A stretch of 24,000 nt of DNA, taken from the NCBI GenBank assembly GCA_913055615.1, contig CAJXKK010000005.1, positions 31,207-55,206 of the forward strand, written 5' to 3'. Of the stretch, positions 18,589-24,000 are shown piece after piece. This DNA comes from an uncultured Ectothiorhodospiraceae bacterium (GTDB lineage: Bacteria > Pseudomonadota > Gammaproteobacteria > XJ16 > Halofilaceae). Made by a program: the position numbers and the translations under genes. The first letter of the stretch is position 1, and each line of letters begins with the position of its first letter. The notes beneath the pieces are model-generated. The model was not told where the DNA came from, made no database searches, and worked only from the letters and a program-made list of their open reading frames with translations.

Positions 18589-19383
18589 ATGAGCGAGACC
18601 GCCACGGGGCTGCAAGCCGTCATCTTCGACGTCGACGGCACCCTGGCCGACACCGAGCGGCATGGCCACCGGGTCGCCTACAACCAGGCGTTCGAAGACC
18701 TGGGCGCCGACTGGGAATGGAGCGAGACCCTCTACGGTGATCTGCTGCGCGTGGAAGGCGGTACGGAGCGCCTGCGCCATTACCTGCGCGAGTACGAGCC
18801 GGACTTCGAGCCGACCGAGGGCCGGGCCGCATTCGTCGGCGCCGCGCACCGGCGCAAGAATCTGCACTACCACGAGATGCTCGGCGCCGGCGTCGTCCCG
18901 CTGCGCCCGGGCGTGCGGCGGCTGATCAATGAAGTACACGCCGCGGGACTGAAACTGGCGATCGCCTCCTCGAGCCTGCGCGCCAATGTCCGCACACTGC
19001 TGGTCAACGCGCTGGCCCCGGACGCGGAGACCTGGTTCGACGCGATCGTCACCGGCGATGACGCCGCCAGCAAGAAGCCCGATCCCGACATCTACCGCCG
19101 GGTACTCGAGCGCCTAGATCTGCCGGCGGACCGCTGCATCGCGATCGAGGATTCCGAGAACGGCTGCCGTGCCGCCGTAACAGCGGGACTGCCGACCATC
19201 GTGACCCTCAGCAGCTATACGCACGATCACGACTTCACCGGCGCCGCGCTCGTGGCGGATACGCTCGGGGACCCCGAGCGCCCCTGGCGCGTGCACGCGG
19301 GCGATGCCCATGGCCGCGACTGGCTCGATATCGGGGGACTGCGGCAACTGCACGCGCGCGCCGTGTCCGGGCACGGGGCATGA
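18589..19383 (+). CDS. HAD-superfamily hydrolase, CbbY-like
   Basis: 264-aa ORF with HAD motif I FDVDGTLADTE, the SS motif (IASSS), KKPDPDIY and EDSENG. Its stop overlaps the next gene's ATG (ATGA). Confidence 0.8.
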   Translation: MSETATGLQAVIFDVDGTLADTERHGHRVAYNQAFEDLGADWEWSETLYGDLLRVEGGTERLRHYLREYEPDFEPTEGRAAFVGAAHRRKNLHYHEMLGAGVVPLRPGVRRLINEVHAAGLKLAIASSSLRANVRTLLVNALAPDAETWFDAIVTGDDAASKKPDPDIYRRVLERLDLPADRCIAIEDSENGCRAAVTAGLPTIVTLSSYTHDHDFTGAALVADTLGDPERPWRVHAGDAHGRDWLDIGGLRQLHARAVSGHGA

Positions 19384-20174
19384 CGCTTATCGAGATCCTG
19401 CCCTTTCTCGCTCTGGGGGCGGTGGCGGGCACCCTCGCCGGCCTGCTCGGCATCGGCGGCGGCATCCTGATCGTCCCCGGCCTCGCCTTCCTGCTGGGCG
19501 ATGGCACGGTCCCCGCGGATCGGCTGATGCAGTTCGCCGTCGGCACCTCACTCGCAACCATCGTGGCGACCGCGCTGTCGTCCATCCGCGCCCATCACCG
19601 GCGCGGCGGGGTCGACTGGGCGGTCATGACGCGGCTGACACCGGGCATCGTGGCCGGCGCCCTGCTCGGTGCCGCGATCGCCGATCTGCTGCCGACGCGC
19701 ACGCTGGCGATCGTGTTCGGCGTCTTCCTGCTGGTCATCTCCGTACGCCTGTTCCTGCCCGGCCAACCGGCGGCGCATCGGCGACTCCCGGGAATCGCCG
19801 GCACGAGCGCCTATGGCGCCGGCATCGGCACCCTTTCCTCCCTGCTCGGCATTGGCGGCGGCACCCTGAGCGTGCCGCTGCTCACCTGGCACAATATGGA
19901 CGTGCGCGCCGCGGTCGGCACGGCATCGGCCTGCGGCCTGCCGATCGCCGTTGCCGGCACCATCGGTTTCATCGTCATGGGCCTGGGCACCAGCGGCCTG
20001 CCGGAGGGTACGACGGGTTACGTGTACTGGCCGGCGTTCCTGGCGGTCGTGCCTACCAGCATGGCCTTCGCGCCCCTCGGCGCACGCCTGGCGCACACGC
20101 TGCCACGGATCGCGCTGCGGCGGGGGTTCGCGATCTTCGTGGCGATTGTTGGTGTGCGGATGTTGATTGGGTGA
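19380..20174 (+). CDS. TauE/SafE family sulfite-exporter-like membrane protein
   Basis: 264-aa polytopic ORF with two LLGIGGG repeats, typical of the TauE/SafE (DUF81) family. Confidence 0.8.
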   Translation: MTLIEILPFLALGAVAGTLAGLLGIGGGILIVPGLAFLLGDGTVPADRLMQFAVGTSLATIVATALSSIRAHHRRGGVDWAVMTRLTPGIVAGALLGAAIADLLPTRTLAIVFGVFLLVISVRLFLPGQPAAHRRLPGIAGTSAYGAGIGTLSSLLGIGGGTLSVPLLTWHNMDVRAAVGTASACGLPIAVAGTIGFIVMGLGTSGLPEGTTGYVYWPAFLAVVPTSMAFAPLGARLAHTLPRIALRRGFAIFVAIVGVRMLIG

Positions 20175-20409
20175 GGCGGGAGGGCGAAGAGCGAAGAGCG
20201 AAGAGCGAAGGATCGTATGCCGGCCTTCCCCGGCGCGCGTAACATGTCCGATTTGCGTCGCCATTTACCGCCGCGGAATGCCGGCATTGCGCGGTGACAT
20301 GACCCGGGCCGATATCCGCCGCCTGGGACCGCGCAAAACCGGCCTACGTTCTGGCCCTTCGCCCTTCGCCCTTCGCCCTTCGCCCTTCGCCCTTCGCCCT
20401 TCGCCCTCA
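20172..20409. repeat. Heptamer-bounded structured intergenic element, copy 2
   Basis: The left arm is gagggc + 3 perfect GAAGAGC units (20186-20206) + gaagg. The right arm is 7 perfect GCCCTTC units (20354-20402) + GCCCTCA, which overlaps the GNAT stop. Core blocks 20275-20301 and 20326-20349 match copy 1. The whole convergent gap is occupied. Confidence 0.75.
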
Positions 20410-20907
20410 GCCCTCCGTCACCAGCGTCTTGAACATGATGTGGGCGTCGACATACCCCTGTGTGGGATGGCGGAAGGCGCCGGGCAGCGTGCCGACGATG
20501 CCGAAGCCGTGTTTCTCCCACAGGTGGATGGCGCCCTTGTTGGTCTCTACCACGAGGTTGTACTGCATGGCGCGGAAACCGAGCCGAAGGGCTTCGGCCT
20601 GGGAGTGTTCGCACAGGGTACCGGCGATGCCCTGTCCGCGCGCATGGTCGGCCACGATGTAGCCGCAGTTGCACACGTGCGACCCCGGTCCCGGCTGGTT
20701 CGGCTTGATGTAGTAGGTGGCGACGAGTTCACCGCTCGGGTTGAAGGCGAGCCAGGTCGCGGTCGGCGCATCCACCCAGCGCGAGCGGGCCTCGGCGGCG
20801 TCGATGTCTGTGGGAAACGCGTAGGTCTCGCCCGCGCGGAAGACCGGCTCGAGCAGACCCCACAACGCCGGCCAGTCGCGCTCGTCGAAGCAACGCAGTT
20901 CGATCAT
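20407..20907 (-). CDS. GNAT family N-acetyltransferase
   Basis: 166-aa ORF with the acetyl-CoA binding region ARGQGIAG and a C-terminal HLWEKHGF motif. Confidence 0.85.
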   Translation of the reverse strand: MIELRCFDERDWPALWGLLEPVFRAGETYAFPTDIDAAEARSRWVDAPTATWLAFNPSGELVATYYIKPNQPGPGSHVCNCGYIVADHARGQGIAGTLCEHSQAEALRLGFRAMQYNLVVETNKGAIHLWEKHGFGIVGTLPGAFRHPTQGYVDAHIMFKTLVTEG

Positions 20908-20943
20908 GTCGTGCCCATAGGTTGTCGGCGCGGCGCGCCGGGT

Positions 20944-21513
20944 TTAGCGCTGCCCGAGCATGCCTTGCCGGAGATCGCCGTCCGGCGGCTCGGGGCCGAG
21001 GAAGACGGCGAGCAACGCGCGGAAAAAGGCGCCGCCTTCGATGGTCCCCGCGGGCTCTGCGTTGATCCGGACTTCGGTGCCCTCTGCCGGAACATACTCG
21101 AGCGTGAAGCGGTCGCCCTCGGTGGCGTCGGGGAACAGGTCGATGAACCGATCGATCCGTTCGCCGAGGGACTCCAGCACGTCCTCCGGGTTGTTGGCTG
21201 CGAACCCCTCTTCCCACGCCGTTACCAGTTTCTCCCGTGAGACCTCGTCATAGACGAAGTGCATCTCGATGCGCCCAGGCTGGTCCGTCTCCAGGATCCG
21301 CTCGACCGGCTGCTCCGTGGTCGGCAGGTACAGCGCACCGACGTAGATATCGAAGAAGAACTTCTCGCGCAGGCCGGCACCGTGCAGGGGCAGTTCCGTG
21401 GCGTCGCGCGCGGTCACCTGGTCATCCAGACGCACCCCCGCGAGTTCGGCCGCCATTGCCGCGCCCGGGAGCAGACTGAAGAGCAGCACGCAGACTACGA
21501 TCAATCGGGGCAT
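20944..21513 (-). CDS. Secreted chalcone-isomerase-like family protein
   Basis: Start at ATG 21513 (MPRLIVVCVLLFSLLPGAAMA, a signal peptide). The motifs ..LHGAGLREKFFFDIYVGALYLP.. are characteristic of the bacterial chalcone isomerase-like fold family. Function unknown. Confidence 0.7.
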   Translation of the reverse strand: MPRLIVVCVLLFSLLPGAAMAAELAGVRLDDQVTARDATELPLHGAGLREKFFFDIYVGALYLPTTEQPVERILETDQPGRIEMHFVYDEVSREKLVTAWEEGFAANNPEDVLESLGERIDRFIDLFPDATEGDRFTLEYVPAEGTEVRINAEPAGTIEGGAFFRALLAVFLGPEPPDGDLRQGMLGQR

Positions 21514-21616
21514 GGCGAGCGTCCGATTCGGCGATGGGCGAAGCATAACGCCGCGTGGGGTCACGGCGACAGGATCCGGGCGCCTGTTTCCGGGGCGGCC
21601 CGGGAAGCCGTAACGG

Positions 21617-21979
21617 TCAGTCCGGCCACAATACGAGCAGCCATACGGCCGCCGCCAGCAGGAGGCTCAGCATGACGGCGGCGGAGCCGACATCCTTGGC
21701 GCGGCCGGAGAGCGGATGCTCGCCCGCGCCGAGCCGGTCGACCACCGTTTCGACACCAGTATTGAGCAGTTCGACGATCGGCACCAGAAGAATACTGGCG
21801 ATCAGCAGGGCGCGCTCGACTCCGGTAGCGCCAAGCCACAGGCCCAGTGGCACGAGGACCGCGGTCAACACCGCCTCCTGGCGAAAGGCCGATTCGTGGC
21901 GCCAGCAGGCACCGAGACCCTGCAGCGAGAAACGCGTGGCATGGACGATGCGCGTGATCCCGGTGTAGCCCGGTTTCAT
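21617..21979 (-). CDS. dgkA: Diacylglycerol kinase DgkA
   Basis: 120 aa from ATG 21979 (MKPGYTGITRIVHATRFSLQGLGACWRHESAFRQE...ELLNTGVETVVDR...SGRAKDVGSAAV), a typical small integral-membrane DgkA. The upstream extension of the track ORF is rejected. Confidence 0.85.
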   Translation of the reverse strand: MKPGYTGITRIVHATRFSLQGLGACWRHESAFRQEAVLTAVLVPLGLWLGATGVERALLIASILLVPIVELLNTGVETVVDRLGAGEHPLSGRAKDVGSAAVMLSLLLAAAVWLLVLWPD

Positions 21980-22158
21980 GACGGGTTCCCCTGGAGACGA
22001 TAAAAGGTATGCCGGTGAGCGGTGAGCGCCCTGCGCGACCGGAACAGGCCCGCGTCCCATGGATGCCTCCAGGGCCGCACGGGCCACCGCACGGCCCGTT
22101 CGAATCATGCGACAGCCGGATGTCCCGCGTGTGACATGCCCGGAGTCCGCAAGGCGCT

Positions 22159-23643
22159 TCAGCCCTCGGTACCGGTGGCCGGCGCCGAATCCTCCGGCCA
22201 CCAGCGCAGATGCAGATCGCGCGCGGCGCGGACCTCGTCGAGGCGGCGCAGGGGCAGCGTGTGCGGTGCGGTGCGAAGCAGTTCCGGGTTGCTCTCGGCC
22301 TCATCGCGGATCGTTTTGAACACCTCGACCAGGCGGTCCAGATCCTCCTTCGCCTCGGTCTCGGTCGGCTCGATGAGCAGACACTCCGGCACCAGCAGCG
22401 GGAAATACATCGTGGGCGCATGGAAGCCGTAATCGAGCATACGCTTGGCGAAGTCCATGGCCGAGATGCCGAAGCGGTCGTGCTCGCTCTTGAGCGTGAC
22501 GATGAACTCGTGGCTGGCGCGCCGCTTTGGGAATGCGACCTCGAAGCCGGCCTCGCGCAGCTGCGTCATCAGGTAGTTGGCATTGAGGGTCGCGTACTCG
22601 GCCACGCGTTGCATACCCCGCCGGCCGAGCATGCGGATATAGACATAGGCCCGCAAGAGCACGCCGGCGTTGCCCGCGAACGCGGTCATGCGGCCGATGG
22701 TATCCGGGCACTCGGCCTCGGTACGCCAGATGTAGCGGCCATCCTCCTCACCGACCATGGGGGTCGGCAGAAAGGGCAGCAGGTTCTCGCGCACGCCGAC
22801 CGGCCCGGCACCGGGCCCGCCGCCGCCATGGGGCGTGGAGAAGGTTTTGTGCAGGTTCAGGTGGATGACATCGAAGCCCATGTCACCCGGGCGCACCTTG
22901 CCCAGGATGGCGTTCAGGTTGGCGCCGTCGTAATACAGCAGGCCACCGGCCTCGTGGACGATGGTGGCCATCTCCTCAATGTTGCGCTCGAATACGCCCA
23001 CCGTGGACGGGTTGGTCAGCATGATCCCGGCGGTCTGGGGGCCGACCGCCTCGCGCAGGGCGTCGAGATCGACATCGCCCTCGTCGTCCGTCGGCAATTC
23101 GCGCGCCTGGTAACCGCACATGCTGGCCGAGGCGGGGTTGGTGCCGTGGGCCGCGTCCGGCACCAGGATCTCCCTGCGCCCGGTATCGCCGCGGGCATCG
23201 TGATACGCGCGGATCATCGATACGCCGGCGAATTCGCCCTGGGCACCCGCCGCCGGCGCGAGCGACACGCCGCGCATGCCGGTCACCTCGGCGAGGATGT
23301 TCTGCAGGTCATACATGCAGGCGAGGTAGCCCTGCCCGGCTTGCGGCGGCGCCAGCGGATGGCGCTCCAGGAATCCGGGCAGCATCGCGAGCGCGTTACA
23401 GGCGCGCGGGTTGTGCTTCATCGTGCACGAGCCCAGCGGGTACACATGCGTGTCGATGGAGAAGTTCAGCTGCGACAGGCGCGTGTAGTGGCGCACCGCC
23501 TGGAGCTCGGACACCTCGGGCCAGCGCGGGCGCTCGGCGCGGCGCAGCGCCTCCGGCAGATCGTCCGGCTCGGGGCCCGGCGGCAGCATCTGCGCGTCGT
23601 TGCTGCGCCCCGGATGCGAATGGTCGAAGATCAGTTCGGTCAT
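22159..23643 (-). CDS. gcvPB: Glycine dehydrogenase (decarboxylating) subunit 2, GcvPB
   Basis: 494-aa ORF ([13 protein letters not shown].., GSCTMKHNP, the PLP-lysine region [16 protein letters not shown]). Confidence 0.95.
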   Translation of the reverse strand: MTELIFDHSHPGRSNDAQMLPPGPEPDDLPEALRRAERPRWPEVSELQAVRHYTRLSQLNFSIDTHVYPLGSCTMKHNPRACNALAMLPGFLERHPLAPPQAGQGYLACMYDLQNILAEVTGMRGVSLAPAAGAQGEFAGVSMIRAYHDARGDTGRREILVPDAAHGTNPASASMCGYQARELPTDDEGDVDLDALREAVGPQTAGIMLTNPSTVGVFERNIEEMATIVHEAGGLLYYDGANLNAILGKVRPGDMGFDVIHLNLHKTFSTPHGGGGPGAGPVGVRENLLPFLPTPMVGEEDGRYIWRTEAECPDTIGRMTAFAGNAGVLLRAYVYIRMLGRRGMQRVAEYATLNANYLMTQLREAGFEVAFPKRRASHEFIVTLKSEHDRFGISAMDFAKRMLDYGFHAPTMYFPLLVPECLLIEPTETEAKEDLDRLVEVFKTIRDEAESNPELLRTAPHTLPLRRLDEVRAARDLHLRWWPEDSAPATGTEG

Positions 23644-23719
23644 GGCGGCAGTTTCCGATCAGTGTTGACCGGGCACCGGCCGTGGCGGCCAGGATGACCC
23701 GGTCGCTGCGGGTTCCGGT

Positions 23720-24000
23720 CTACGCGACCGCTCGGGCCAGTGCCTCGGCGAATGCCTTGCGCTCGTCTTCGCCGTGCAGCTCGGTCGCGCACACGAGCAG
23801 CGCATCGCCCAGCTCGTCGTAATACGGCGCCAGTGCAAGCCCGCCCAGAATGTCCTCGCCGGCCAGGTCGCCGAGCACGTCGGTCACCGCGCGCCCGTCG
23901 ATGCGCAGGACGAACTCGTGGAAGAACGGCCCGTCGAAGGCGGCGCTGACGCCGTCGATCGCGCAGAGTTCGTCGCGCAGGGCGCGGGCGTTGGCGTGGG
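23720..24000 (-). CDS. gcvPA: Glycine dehydrogenase (decarboxylating) subunit 1, GcvPA, C-terminal fragment (5' end outside window)
   Basis: It is absent from the ORF track because there is no Met in the window. My minus-strand translation reads ...ELCAIDGVSAAFDGPFFHEFVLRIDGRAVTDVLGDLAGEDILGGLALAPYYDELGDALLVCATELHGEDERKAFAEALARAVA*, with stop TAG at 23720-23722. This is a typical GcvPA C-terminus directly upstream of gcvPB. Confidence 0.85.
   Translation of the reverse strand, partial: HANARALRDELCAIDGVSAAFDGPFFHEFVLRIDGRAVTDVLGDLAGEDILGGLALAPYYDELGDALLVCATELHGEDERKAFAEALARAVA

Noticed and set aside
20354-20409. Heptamer arrays as a CRISPR array, a coding repeat (PSPFALR / GEGRRAK) or a phase-variation tract
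   Set aside because: The units are 7 bp with no spacers, so this is not a CRISPR array. The arrays lie after the stop codons of well-supported genes, and the ORFs containing them are antisense artefacts. A unit change cannot shift the frame of either flanking CDS.
22100-22158. Possible degenerate third copy of the heptamer-bounded element downstream of gcvPB (gcgtgtgacatgcc resembles gcgcggtgacatgca; gcvPB and GNAT both end ..GAGGGCTGA)
   Set aside because: The similarity is limited to about 12 nt plus a shared C-terminal TEG-stop coding sequence. No heptamer arrays are present and the 9-bp stem is not preserved. This is most likely chance.
22210-23697. 495-aa ORF on the plus strand
   Set aside because: It is a full-length mirror of gcvPB, which is unambiguous. 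It has no motifs, and the same GC artefact applies. The same reasoning rejects 1980..3041(-), 3817..4863(-), 934..1878(-), 19304..20242(+) and the many Arg/Pro/Ala-rich alternate-frame ORFs.

Overview
This is a very GC-rich chromosomal core region (G+C judged by eye, not computed) with gammaproteobacterial-type gene order, packed with housekeeping genes. I support 28 CDS, two of them cut by the window edges.

Gene order:
- lptD(3' end)-surA-pdxA-rsmA-apaG-apaH on +, convergent with lgt-thyA-folA on -.
- A transmembrane HAMP-PAS-GGDEF-EAL protein (-) preceded by a consensus sigma-54 promoter motif.
- A PlsC-like acyltransferase (+).
- The zinc divergon zur-znuC-znuB (-) / znuA (+), with a Zur-box-like AT-rich operator.
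- An O-methyltransferase (-), a class II aldolase-like protein (+) and rubredoxin (-).
- thiE-hemL-DUF4389-HAD(CbbY-like)-TauE/SafE (+).
- GNAT acetyltransferase, chalcone-isomerase-like protein, dgkA, gcvPB and the 3' end of gcvPA (all -).

I found no rRNA, tRNA, CRISPR array, transposase, phage gene or recognisable defence gene. Most long ORFs in the six-frame track are antisense or alternate-frame artefacts of the high GC content. I do not see a novel protein-coding system.

The main unexplained signal is non-coding. Structured repeat elements fill 4 of the 5 convergent gene junctions:
- Two homologous ~200-240 bp elements (15676-15873 and 20172-20409). Each is bounded by inverted GAAGGGC/GCCCTTC heptamer arrays that start at the flanking stop codons, and each carries a highly conserved hairpin core.
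- A 36-bp miniature heptamer version at 4897-4932.
- A separate REPIN-like inverted doublet at 10906-11168.

I do not recognise the heptamer-bounded family as a described element. This needs genome-wide and database checks that I cannot run.
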